This document shows positions 11,867 to 24,020 of a stretch of DNA of 64,000 bases, one piece after another. The stretch lies in contig JAUZTB010000107.1 in assembly GCA_034780895.1 (NCBI GenBank), positions 17,820,912 to 17,884,911 on the forward strand. The letters are read 5' to 3'. The DNA is from Rhynchobatus australiae (lineage: Eukaryota). The position numbers and the translations under genes were made by a program. Position 1 is the first letter of the stretch. Each line of letters begins with the position of its first letter. A model generated the notes under the pieces. The model had not been told where the DNA came from, made no database searches, and saw only the letters and a program-made list of their open reading frames with translations.

Positions 11867-13949
11867 GCCATAGAGAAAGGGAGAGGGGCACAGAGAACAA
11901 AAGGTTCGATAGCAATAAGGTGGCGAGTGGTGTCAGCTCAGTTTCTCTCTGCTTCTGAATAACTAGCTATGCTTCTCAAATTGTGGGTCTTCGTGCTCCA
12001 TTTTGACCTTTTTAAATCTAAAAATAGAGACACATTATTGCCTTATTTGTAAGTGGTAAGCTTCTGTTAACTTTCTGAATGTTTAGAAAAATATCCTCCG
12101 TCTGATCAACCTGTATGAATCCACTGATTTATGTCTGCCCATTGATTAGCAAACTTGACTGTGACAAGAAATAAATTAAAAGAGCATTTTGGTTATGATA
12201 TCGGTTAATGCAAAGAATTTATGAAATTAGATTGATTCCCATGGGAGATGTGTTTATAAAAGCTAGGCTTCTGAACAGAAAGTAGTGCGGCTGTGTTGAT
12301 ACACTAGAGCATAAGGAAATGGAATGTTTTATGTTTCAATTACAACATAAGTGTTTTAAATGTTTGATTGGCAGCTCATCTTGAATTTGGCATCAAATAG
12401 ATAAATTTCCTTTACTGAAGCCTATTTATTTTAAATATTATTTCTCAGCCTAGCCCATCAAACTGAATGCTTCACATGTAGCTATCAAAGAGACAGAACT
12501 CCATCATCATTAACAACATACTCTCACAACAGGGATTGTTTTCAGGGACTTTGACTCTGGACATTGTTATTTAGCACAGTAGACGTATATTTTGTAAAAA
12601 CTGAAACTACTGGAAACAGTTCTGACAAAGGGTCTTTGATCCAAAGAATTAATTCTGTTTGTCTGTCTTTCAACAGATGCTACCTAACCAGCATTTTCTG
12701 GGTTTTTTTGTATCAGATTTCCAGCATCTATAGCTATTTGACTTTCATTTCCTGGTGTATGATGTGTTATTTTTCTGTCTTCTAACTAGATAGTGAGCTA
12801 ATGATCTACAGTGTGCTAAAGTTCCCAGTCATTTACCATTTAACAGATTTGTTTGGTAGTTCATAGTGGTGGATGCCAAATGAAAGCTTTATTCTACAGC
12901 CTTCCAAAATTATACAAGTACTTGTGTCATAACCATAAAACTCTTAAGAGATTTCAATTTAGAGTTCAGTTCCTTTACTTAATGTGGGGTGGCGGGGGGA
13001 GGAATTGGTTTGGTAGGTAAAGGCNNNNNNNNNNNTGATCTGCTTGGATCTCTAACTCCCTTATGGAGTGTAGATCTAAAGAAAAAACCTGGCTGTTCTC
13101 AAAGTGAATGGATACCTGGGATAAGACCCTCACCATGTGATGGTGAAATAGTCAGAGGTACAACTTTCCACAAATTTGTCCATCTGGCTTTGATACATAT
13201 TTTCATTGTTGGACTTTGTTTTCTTTTAAACGAACTGTGCAAATTCACTTTGTTTTAAAACAAAACACTCAAAGATAACTCCATTCCAAAATCCTTTCTT
13301 ATGAAATAAAAATATAAAATATTCCCAACCTGATAGACATTTCCCTTCCCTAGTGTCTACAGGAATAGTCTGAGAGACTAAGCCCAAGAAAAACATGAAG
13401 TGAAAAGCCACAAATCGAGCAACGCCTTCCCAGTGCAGTTTCCTTGCACTCACAATGTGCCAATGTTTGAAACCAGTTGAATGCAATTTGAGCTCCAACA
13501 CACAGAGTTTGGAAGAGGAGGCTGCCATTCACATTGTAGGCTTAAACCTGTCCAAGTACGAATCGGTAGCTGGTTGGATTATGAATAGAGTAAGATGAGA
13601 TTCCAGAAAGGCCAATGCCTGCTCTTGGAATAAAGGTGAACAATTATCTTGTTATTTCAAAGAGGAAATGACATAACTAATGCTATGAGGTTCCTGCTGT
13701 AGACTTGAGTCATGGACTAACCAGAGCAGGCACCTCAGAGCACTAGGTATACCACCAACCCTGCCTNNNNNNNNNNNNNNNNNNNNNNNNNNNNNNNNNN
13801 NNNNNNNNNNNNNNNNNNNNNNNNNNNNNNNNNNNNNNNNNNNNNNNNNNNNNNNNNNNNNNNNNNGGTATACCACCAACCCTGCCTCTGCCGAATCCAC
13901 TGGCAGGATAAGTGAACCAACTTGCTCATTTATCTACTTATTACAACAC

Positions 13950-14150
13950 AGAAAGCCATTCGGCCCATTGAATCCATGCCAGCTCTCATCAGAACAATCA
14001 GTCTGTTCCATTCTGCACCCCCCACCCCCATCATCTCCCTGCAGCCCTGCAATTTATCCTTTTGCATGCCCATCAGCTCCCCTTTGATACTTTTGCCACT
14101 TACCTACAGAGGTACAGTGACCAATAAACCTACCACAACATGTTTGAGAT
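13950..14150 (-). mobile_element. SINE 3' remnant (V-SINE/CR1-tail type)
   Basis: gccattcggcccattgaatccatgccagctct... resembles the tails at 4660 and 35800. Confidence 0.5.
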
Positions 14151-14600
14151 GGCAGCATCCTCTTGCAGACCAACTTGTCCCATACTGAAGCCCAAAAGCG
14201 CTCTGTCAGCTATATTGGGGTAGACCATGTTGCTCACATGCCTGACTCCTGAAACATTCTAGTCTGAAGAGTGTCACAGCAGCTTAACTACTGCTTAGAT
14301 CAAAAGATTCAAGGATATCTTTGACAAACGTGTAGCATTACCTGCAACTCCTGGGAATCCTTGGCCCACAACTGCTGAAATAGAGAAGGTGCATTTGGGA
14401 CGACATTTGTTGGAGCACACAAGGGATCCAGTGCAAGTGACAAGGGGAACGGACCACCTCCGAATCTACCCACATATCCACCTGACCAGGCACCTCCTGT
14501 GACAGCATCTGTGGGTCCAAATGGTCTTATCGGCCACTTCAGATGTCACAGAACTGGAGAGGGAGCAACCTATTCCAAGGGGCTGCCTGAGAGTTGTTTT
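14150..14600 (+). mobile_element. RTE-clade LINE 3' remnant
   Basis: Similar to 38580-39030 (tgggcaggccac..cgcatgcctgactcc; caactcctgggaatccttggcccac; cacagaactgga). Confidence 0.55.
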
Positions 14601-16139
14601 GGAAACTAGAAAACAAAGCCGATTTAGTACTTTCTCAGATAAGGGCCATTGTGAGTTTTTGCACTATTAGTTGTTCTATTGAAGGCCACAGCATGCCCTT
14701 CAGGTGAATGAAAGGATACAGTACATGGACTCCATTGAGAACGGGATGAGTTGCACTGATACACTAATATTGGTGTGCTGAGTTGTCACGTACTAACTGA
14801 CGCAGCCTGAGGTTTATCAATTTCATACAATCCAACATAGGAAAACAGTTCAATGACTGTCTTTTTTTTCCCATTTATTCATGAGTTTTGGCAGTCAGCC
14901 AATCTCCATTGCTCTTCCATGGCTACAGTGCAGGCTTGAAAGGTCATCGGATTTTCTATATGTGACTAGTGATCTAATTGAGTCTTCGTTATCGGTTTCG
15001 CTCTTTTTGATATTTCTACAATTTTAAAAAATGAATTCAAAGTCTCAAACAGCCACAGTGGTATTTGAGCTAGTAAGCTCTAGATTAATTCAGGCCTCCA
15101 GATAACTATTTGGTATTGTCACACTGTAGGGTACAAGTTATTCCCCCTGCTTTGCCAATTTCTTAAACCGGACCCCTTGAGCGAAATACAGCCGGTTCCT
15201 TTTGCTGGTGGGGGGGGAGGGTGGCGGGAGAAAACATTCTCCAGCAACAAAGATTAAAGAATTGCAGAATCTCTAAACTTATTCACAGGAAGTGTGCATC
15301 TCTGATATGATCAGTATTGCCCATTCCAAACGCAAGAAGATGGGAGCAAGTTGTTTGTTTGAACTGCTGAAATCTGGATGCTGCATGCACTCCACAGGCC
15401 ACTGCAGAAGGAAGTTGAGCATCAACCACAAATTTGTGAATCCAGAGTCACACTGGGTAAAGAAAGAAAATTTCCTGCCTAAAAAAAAATTACTGAAGCA
15501 GCTGAGTAATTTATGACCATCTGGAACGAGATAATCTCCATGATTTAGAGAGAAAAAAAAGCAACTTATTTTATCAAAATAAAGGATCCCTCTGTTTTTC
15601 TGATTTTTGTTTTAAACTGGTGTCTGCAGTATAGTGTGTGATGGCTGACATTGCATTTCCGTTTTATATTCTACAATCCTTGTCCGGGTTAACCCACCTT
15701 TCACCTACATTTTCTCATTCACCTCCCTCAAATCTTATGCAAGGTAGTCATAAAGGCTATTAAATTAATTTATCCAGTACTTTACTTAATTTTTGAGATA
15801 TTATTTTAAAATTGTAAGGCTGAAAATCAGTGTGCTCTCTTCCATAGCAGTGGCAAGACACTTGTCTATCAATCCAATAAGACAACATTAACCACATCTA
15901 ATAAATCTAGTTTATGAATATACCATTTTTTTAATGTGTTTGCATCATTTTCTGAGTTAACTGAGCAAATGAAGCCATGATTATTCAACAGATTCTTGCA
16001 AGGTAAAAATGGGTAAGATAGAGATTCATATTTGTGACAAAATTGAAATCATTTTAAGTTTGTTTGTTCCAAGCTGGNNNNNNNNNNNNNCTGGTATTTA
16101 TCTTGCATGTAGACAGAATCTGATTGCTGTATTGAAGTC

Positions 16140-17633
16140 CTGAGAGAACAAAGCAAGAGATGAGATTACTCTGGCCTTGACCAAGATCTTCATGTCCTCT
16201 CTAGCCACAGGCAGGGTCCCAAAGGACTCGCGAGTAGCTAATGTTCCATTATTCAAGAAAGGAAATGGGGATAATCCTGGAAACTGGAGACCAGTGAGTC
16301 TCGTGTCAGTGGTAGGGAAGCTATTGGAGAGGATTCTGAGGGACAGGATTTATGAGCATTTGGAAAACAATGACCTAATTAGGGACAGTTAGCATGGCTT
16401 TGTGCTGGGTAAGTCACGTCTTACTAACTTGATCCAGTTTTTTTGAGGTGGTGACGTGATTGATTGAAGATAGACAACATCCACTGCTCTATGTGGATTT
16501 TAGCAAGGCATTTGATGAGGTCCCTCCTGGTAGGCTCATCCCAAAGATTAGGATTCATGAGATCCACAGTAACTTGGCTATTTAGATTCTGAATTAGCTT
16601 GCCCATAGGAGACAGGGTAGTGGTCAATATTCTGGCTGGAGGTCCATGACTAGCGAATAGCAGAGGTTCCAGTAGGGATCTGTACTGGGACTTCTGCTGT
16701 TTGCAATAAATGACCTGAATGAAAACGCAGATGGGTGAGTTAGTAAGTTTGCAGACGATACAATGATTGGTGGTTGTGTTGTGGATAGCATAGAAGATTG
16801 CTAAAGGATACAGCACGATATAGATCAGATGCAGATATAGGTGGAGAAATGGTAGATGGAGTTTAATCCAGCCAAATGAGAGGTGTTGCACTTTGGGAGA
16901 TCAAATACAAAGGGACAGTACACTGTTAATAGCAAGATCCTTAAGTGCTGATCTTTTTAGAGGCACCTTGGGATCCAGATTCATCACTCCTTAAGAATGG
17001 CTGTACAGGTTGATAGGGTGGTAAGGGTGGTGTGTGGCATGCTTGCCTTTATTAGTGGAGGCATTGTGTTTAAGAGTGAGGAAGTTGTTGTAGCTTTGCA
17101 AAACTCTAATTAGGCCACAACTGGAGTATTGCATTCAATCCTGGTCACCCCATTATAGGAAGGATGTGGAGACCTGAGAGGGTGCAGAGGTGGTTTACTA
17201 GGATGCTGACTAGATTAGAGTGCATGTGCTATAAAGAGAGATTAGATGATCTTGGGTTGTTTTCTCAGGAGCAGCAGAGGCAGAGGGGAAACCTGATAGA
17301 AGTTTATAAGGTTGAAGTGCATAGAGAGCTGGTATCTTTCTCCCAGGGTCAAAATATATTAGAGAGCATGCATTTGAGGTGAAAGGGGCCATGTTCAAAA
17401 GGAGATGTGTGGGGAAAATTATTTTTTAAAAAATAAGTGGTGAGTGCCTGGAATGCATTGCTGGGGTAGCAGCGAAGGCAAATACAATGATCATTTAAGA
17501 GGCTCTTAGACACATTGATATGCAGAGAATGGAGGAATATGGACATTGTGTAGGCAGATAGGATTTGTTTAGTTAAGTGTTTACTAGTTTAATTAGTTCA
17601 GCACAACATCATGGGCCAAAGGGCCTGTTCTAT
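16140..17633 (+). mobile_element. 5'-truncated CR1 LINE with decayed RT, ~1.5 kb
   Basis: ORF 16177 (RVANVPLFKKG...NWRPVSL), QHGF, YVDFSKAFD, KFADDT and RPQLEYC motifs with stops and frameshifts, and a CR1 3' tail. Confidence 0.9.
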
Positions 17634-17911
17634 AACAATTGAATTTAGACTTTAATTATGCTGTCACAAATCCTTTTCAATTTCCCAGCAATAGTTTTGT
17701 TCAGGATATTAAACTTTCTTATAAATTCCCATCCAAGAAGTGCTGAAGAACTTGCTGTACTGGTCAAAGAAAGCCATGCTGTCCTATCAGAGTTTACAGA
17801 AAAGATTGACAGGAACCAGAAGGATGTGGGCCACCATCAAATGATCTCTACATTGATCGAAATGATCAAATTTGAGGCAAAGCAGTACAAGCATCATTCT
17901 AAAATTCAACT

Positions 17912-18030
17912 ATCAGAATCAGAATTATCATCACCAACATGGATGTGAAATTTGTTGTTTTGTGGCAGTTGTACAAGACAAAGGCATAAAATTAGTATAA
18001 GTTACAAAAATAAATAGTGCAAAAAAATTC
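17912..18030 (-). mobile_element. Rex1-type LINE 3' tail
   Basis: (tcagaa)n followed by ...gtgaaatttgttgttttgtggcag...aaatagtgcaaaa. Confidence 0.5.
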
Positions 18031-18503
18031 TGCAATTTAATTTCAAATTATGTTAAAGATTTGTATCCTTCTGTGGTATTAAATATCATGAATTTCCTGA
18101 TGTCATTAGTTTGGACAACCTGTATTTTGCATAGCTGACAAGGACATAATTGGTAAAATCTGAAGCCATATTATACTGGCCTCTTGTACAAAATCATTTA
18201 AATAATTTTAGGTGTACTTCCTTCTGTAGGTTGATTATGTTTGCCCTCGTGTGTTATTGATTCTTATATAGTTTGGTTGGATTACTCACTTTTTGATAAC
18301 TTAATAGCCATTTTAAACCCATCAAAACAAAATGCATTTCCCTAGATCAAAAAGGACACAAAGCTTTTTAACAATTTTAGTTTGCAGAAGAATAACTTTT
18401 GCTACCATAACTTCAGTTGCATCTTTTTTTTTTAAACTTGTTGATCTAAAAACATGGAAACAATATCAATGAAATTGCAAGAATCAAAATGATTTAAGAG
18501 CAC

Positions 18504-18509
18504 TTTATT
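18504..18509 (-). terminator. Polyadenylation signal AATAAA (distal) of vgll4
   Basis: Plus-strand TTTATT. The minus strand continues with a T-rich downstream element (ttttgattcttg...ttgtttccatgttttt). Confidence 0.6.
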
Positions 18510-20200
18510 GTTCTTTGAGGCTACTTTAAGTACAAAAAGTGGCCCGTCAAAAGCTTTTTTTCCATTTTGGGTGAAACAAGGCCGCAAACAAGAGGGATAG
18601 AGTTCAAATTTACAAACTGAAACTAACAGCAAGTACACTGTGGACATTTCGCTCTCTGTAATAACGAAAATTGTAGACAAACCTGGTCTATACATTTCAG
18701 AACATTTTGCAGTCTCCACAAAATTTAAGTCGACAATCCCTGGATTGTTGTTTGTATTCTTGTTCAGTTGTCTCATTTTTTAAAAAAACAGCCAAGTGAC
18801 CAGACGCATAGAGTTCACAGACAGCATCTACAGCCTTCTACCATTGTAATGCTCAGTAGCCTGTAGCAGTAATGAACTAGTGGCTATTAATGCTAACGCA
18901 GTGTTTCCATAGATAACTGTGTTCCTGCACTTTTACCTTATAACAGACAAATCTACACCAAACAAAAAAGATCAACTTTTTTCTCCAAACAAAAAAAACT
19001 GCATGATTACAACAAAAAGGATAGGGAAAATTAAATAGCTACACATCATTAACAAATTAATTGTTCCTCAAAAAATACCTACGAATTTTTTTTTGTACAT
19101 TCTTTACGCACAGCGTAATGATGGTCTTATAGTTACCTATATAAAAAGTGTTCATTTAGTGATTTACCTACAGAGTAGGGTACTGAATGCCAAAGCAGAC
19201 AAGCGGTAACTACCCAGTAAGGTGGCGATGAAATGTGTATGGTTTTTACTGGGATGACGGAATGTATGGGCATGTGTGATTTTGTCAAAGGCAAAAGCTA
19301 AATTGGGAAGCTATAAAGCATTACACAGCTCCTTTCTGTACCTCTGCCTCTAGTAGTTGTAGTAGCTATTAAAACAGCAAACAAAACAGCATTATACTAT
19401 TGGAGGAATGTACACCTTGGCACAGGACTAGAGTAAGCACTTAAAAAATTAAATTGTATTCTGCAAGCCATGACAATCTGCATTACCACATTAAAGCCAA
19501 GTACTTCTTCAAATAAAGTAATGACTTGTCTAACTGTAAAACAGTCTGATTTTCACAGACATTATGGGAGCTAGTTTATTATTAAGCAAGTTGTATTCAT
19601 TATGCAATAATTATTCAGTCATGCACAAAGCTATTGCCACCTGTACCATGGAATTTATAATCTACTGAATATTATGTGCAGGCCTTTCCTGAGGCTACCC
19701 TCTTTTGCTGGCTTCTACCAGTGTGAATACATGCTTAAATGTCATTGAGTAAAACTGTACCAGCAGTAAGTATCTAGGACTGTTATTGATGAAAATAAAC
19801 TACAATTCTGAAGAAAAAGCTCTAGTATTAATTTTCATTATGCCTATACAATATAGATACCAGCTATTTTTAAAAATCATGCAGCTACTTGTATAGAAGC
19901 ACTATTGACCTTCATATCTCAAATCTATTTTAACAAGCTGACAAAAACAGATGAAGGGTGTAGGGAAAAAAATGCCCGTGTTCTTTGAAAGGAAAATGCA
20001 GTCCAGTTGTGAGCACCAAGCACAAAATGTAATCTGAAGATAGAGAAAGGCTTATACCTGTATGAGACTTTCCCTTCCAAAGTTGCTTTGCCTCTAATGC
20101 ACAATATACAATATACTAAGCCCTCATTGTCAGCAGTCTGCCATCTAACAAAACAAGAAAATCTGATGTAAAGTTGACAAGCAACCTCACCACTCCCCAA

Positions 20201-20208
20201 TAGTGCAA
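20201..20208 (-). promoter_or_regulatory. miR-130/301 family 8-mer target site (UUGCACUA)
   Basis: Plus-strand TAGTGCAA within the vgll4 3' UTR. The miR-130a seed is AGUGCAA. Confidence 0.6.
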
Positions 20209-20406
20209 ATCAGACATACAGTTCTTTTCAAGTATATAAACATATAAAATTACATAACAGAAAAGCAATGTAAGCAAACCACACAAATTCTAGTCAAAGA
20301 AACTAGCAGAGGCCAAAGCGTTTGGGTCAACCAATCTTAACATGGCTTTTTGGGGCAGCAGAATTGCATCAGAGGTTTCTTTGGTAACTGAGGCAGGAGA
20401 TTAGGA

Positions 20407-20414
20407 TGCTACAT
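20407..20414 (-). promoter_or_regulatory. miR-221/222 8-mer target site (AUGUAGCA)
   Basis: Plus-strand TGCTACAT(C) within the vgll4 3' UTR. The miR-221/222 seed is GCUACAU. Confidence 0.6.
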
Positions 20415-20593
20415 CATACAATTTATATGTATAGCTCCTGCTTTTTTTTAGGGCACCCTTTTGCAAATGCTAAGCAAATACACAAAAGTGTCTGGTTTTT
20501 AAAAAAAAATCCCCCTCCCCACTTATTTTGCAGTGTTCAAGCTCAGTCAAACCATGCAGTTCACTCAGCACAGAATGCAATGTGGTCCACTCT

Positions 20594-20874
20594 TCATGAA
20601 ACAACTGAAGGGGAGTGATTGTGGTTGACCATGTGGGATGAAGGTGAGGATTGTCCCCTTCTTGAACCAGAATCAGGGCTGCTAGAAACTCCATCTTTGG
20701 CAGCCTTGATTTGAAGCCATGTTTCTCCAAGAGCTTTGGCAAAGTGATCATCCACTGATCCTGTGATAGAAACAGAATTCGTCACAGGCTCTGGCTGCTT
20801 GTATTTCTCCCCAAGGCTTCGGCGAAAGTGTTCTTCTACAACAGGATCACAAGTTGTAGCAGTAGAGATGGAGG
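20594..20874 (-). CDS. VGLL4: vgll4 last coding exon with both TDU (Tondu) TEAD-binding motifs
   Basis: Lies within ORF 20594-20893: TCDPVVEEHFRRSLG (TDU1), GSVDDHFAKALGETWLQIK (TDU2), C-terminus HSPSVVS followed by TGA. Acceptor ttacag|, 281 nt. Confidence 0.97.
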
Positions 20875-23111
20875 CTGTAAAACAAGACAACAATTTAAAA
20901 GGGTTGTCCTGGAATGAGAGGATAGCTGAATCATACCAGATCCTATTCTAACAGCAGAAACAAAATTCCAGCTCCTTTTAATCTAAACAGTATGGTTAAA
21001 ACGCAAGCATCTCTCACAGCCACTGAAATTGTGTGAAATATGCATCCAAAGACTTCATTCATCATGAATCATTTACCATTATAAAATGACAATCAGTACA
21101 TAAACCCCTCTTGCAACTGCAGACTGTTCAGAATCTACATCAATTTTCTGTAGTAGATGACTTACAGCCAAAGCAGCCATAACTTTTATTGTATTTTGGA
21201 AAAAGTACAAATCAAAAAAGGTACAATATAAAAAGTCCTTCCCTTCATACTGTTATCTCCCTCAAATAGCTCTTATTAAACTGCATTAAGTTCAACATAT
21301 TTTCTAGCTCCAAGCAATAAACCCCATGAAGCAGGCAAGGACAGACTTCATTTGGTGATTCAAACATTTTTATAAGCTAGAAGATGAGGGAATCTACTAA
21401 CATATTATATCTGCAATTAAATAGAAAGTGGCATTAGAAAACCAGATTCCCTTTCCTAGAACATGCCACAACATATCCCACAACAGCAGATCTCCCATGG
21501 CAGCGTTCAATCAGCTGAAGGGCACCATTTTGTAATCATGCACTGGCACTACAAAACGTATCAACTTAAGATGAACATGGTCAAATTGCATTTCTTCCCC
21601 ACCCCCCACCCAAAGTGTTCTGGAATTTGAGATCAAGTTCTCCAGCTGTCCACTGTNNNNNNNNNNNNNNNNNNNNNNNNNNNNNNNNNNTCATTTCACA
21701 TGTGTTTTGATGTACATGTAACTAATAAATAAATCTTATTAATTTTTTTGAAAGGTATCTTCTACTTACAGAACTGAGCTACTAAGCATCTGCATTCCAA
21801 CTACAGTATTTAACTGTATTGAATAATTGGGAACAGGGACCTACAAAATGTAGAAGGCTGACTGGGAAGAGATCCTGTGCTTTGGTAACACTGGGTAGGA
21901 CCTCTTGGTTTTGGCAGAACTGAAGGAATCTGTAACATGAGACAGGGAAATGTGACACATGGAAACAACTGTGGTACTCTGGGGTTTTTAAACAGAAAAG
22001 TGGGGAGAAGCTGGAGTTTTGCAGCACAGATCTATCAGGTTTGACAACACTGGAAATCAGGAACTTAGTCACAAATGTTTATTGAAACAACATTGATTTT
22101 GAGGGTAAATTTCCCATGCTAATCTCCCAAATCACTCTACCAACCACCTTAACAGCAATGGTGAGAGGCACAGTTATCCATTGCCCTAATAACATTTCTG
22201 AACTGTAGGATTGAGACTCCCAAGGACATGGGATGTGCAGCACTGGGTGGGCAAAGTACTTGTGTTCATCCCTGGCAGTCCTTGGAACCATCAGCTCCCT
22301 GTACACCAGAGGCTCAGAGTGGAAGAAGAAAGTCCTTAATTTTGACAGCACTTGGACTGAGATCCCAAGGGCATGTGGGATTGGGGTTAGAAGGGAATCC
22401 TGCATCCAGGCACCGGAAGACTGCACTGCAGGATGAGGAGCAGTGAAGAAAGTGCACTGTGTTAGATAAGAGTCAACACTCAGTTGTCCATCCTCCAAAT
22501 ACAAGCTGTATATTGACATGCACGTGGGGAACAACTCACAGGTTTTTCCACTGAGTTAGAAATTATCGTGGATTTAAATGAGAAAATACAGTTACATACC
22601 CAATATCAGTGGGAAACCAGCCTGATACATTTACTGCTCATTCACAATTATTGCCTCCTGAGATATTGTCTGGCTGGTCAATTACTCCTCACTGCTTTGC
22701 AAACAGGTTTATAAGTGAATGTTTATTCTGTATCCTGTCCCCTGCCTGGGCTAAACATCGAACTACATACGTGACCTTTGTTTTGTACTCTCTTAGTGAT
22801 TCTTTGCCTTTGTACTCTAAACTCTTCCATCTCTCTTAGGATGATCTGAAGAGTTGCTTTTCAGGAGCATTTGGTGAGTGCAGGGTGTTGATGGTGGCAT
22901 TCTTGTCAAGTTGGACCAGTGAGGAAGGTGGAAATCCTGGGCCCCAAGGCAAAAAGTGGGAGAGAAGGCAAGGTATGAATGAGCTGAAAGCATTGCAAAG
23001 AAGAGCATGCAGGGAGGAGATGGAACGGCCATGTCTAGCAACACTGAGGAAAAGAGAGGGACAGAGAGTGACTCGAGCTCAGAATTATCATAGTCTCCTA
23101 CTACACAAGAG

Positions 23112-23136
23112 ACACACACACACACACACACACACA
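23112..23136. repeat. (CA)n microsatellite
   Basis: About 12 CA units seen directly. Confidence 0.9.
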
Positions 23137-23475
23137 ATTAGAATTCATGAGACACTGAACCTGACAACAGGAACTGCACGGTCTTATGATTTTCTTGGAC
23201 ACTAAGCAATAGGAAACACTAAGCAATAGGAAAGACAAGCCTCCTTTTACTGCTATTAATCCATACTCCAAATACTTGATGACAAGTTGATTCTATTTGC
23301 CTTTTCTAAAAAATATTGTTAATATTTTCATTGTGGCTGTACAGGAGGAAAAATGCATTTCTAATTTTATTCAACNNNNNNNNNNNNNNNNNNNNNNNNN
23401 NNNNNNNNNNNNNNNNNNNNNNNNNNNNNNNNNNNNNNNNNNNNNNNNNNNNNNNNNNNNNNNNNNNNNNNNNNN

Positions 23476-23575
23476 ATCCTGTGCATTGGAGCCTCCACAC
23501 CAGGCGGTGATGCAACCAGTCAGAATGCTCTCCACCGTACATCTGTAGAAATTTGAAAGAGGCTTTGGTGACACA
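23476..23575 (-). mobile_element. Rex1/Babar LINE fragment
   Basis: ORF 23371-23574, LSNFYRCTVESILTGCITAW.G, is the characteristic Rex1 RT C-terminal motif. Confidence 0.8.
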
Positions 23576-23696
23576 CTAAAACGTTAATGTAAATAGGCAC
23601 TTGATTATCTGTCTGGACTCAATGGGTCATGACTACATGACTATTTGAACAATTACACCAGCTCCTCCACAAGCCCCATTTTGCCATGATTTGAAG

Positions 23697-24020
23697 ACCA
23701 TAAAGAGTAGGAACAGGAGTAGGCCATTCTGCCCATTAAGCCTGCTCTGTCATTCAAAAGGATCTTGGCTGATCCAACACTCCTCAATCCCACTTTCCTG
23801 CCTTTCTTCATTTCCCTTGAATCTCTTGCTGATTGGAAATCCATGGATATCACCCGTTAATATACCCAAGGACTCCCACAGCTCTCCGTGGCAAGGAGTG
23901 CTGGAGACTGAGAGAAGAGATTCTTCCTCACCTTGATTTAAAGTGGATGTCCCCTTGTTCTGAGACCATATTCTGGACTGTCCCATTAGAGGAAACGTCC
24001 TCCCAGCATTTACCCTGTCT
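23697..24020 (-). mobile_element. CR1 3' remnant
   Basis: ccataaagagtaggaacaggagtaggccattc...cttggctgatc tail and decayed C-terminal coding sequence. Confidence 0.65.

Larger units (their letters stand above)
18485..20593 (-). other. VGLL4: vgll4 3' UTR (approximate end)
   Basis: About 2.1 kb of repeat-free AU-rich sequence after the stop codon, ending at AATAAA (18504-18509) with a U/GU-rich downstream tract. Confidence 0.7.

Noticed and set aside
13746-13887. ggtataccaccaaccctgcct on both sides of an N run, CRISPR-like at first sight
   Set aside because: Only two copies flank a gap in vertebrate DNA. This is a masked or collapsed minisatellite or a contig overlap, with no spacers or cas genes.
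17658-17948. 96-aa plus-strand ORF convergent with vgll4
   Set aside because: No recognisable homology or splice signals, and it ends in a repeat tail.
18015-18022. Second TAGTGCAA (miR-130 8-mer on the minus strand)
   Set aside because: It lies beyond the poly(A) signal and inside a Rex-type tail, which shows the motif can arise by chance.
21830-22540. GC-richer intronic block with several ORFs
   Set aside because: Probably a very decayed LINE (possibly Tx1/L1-like), but the motifs were too weak to support a call.
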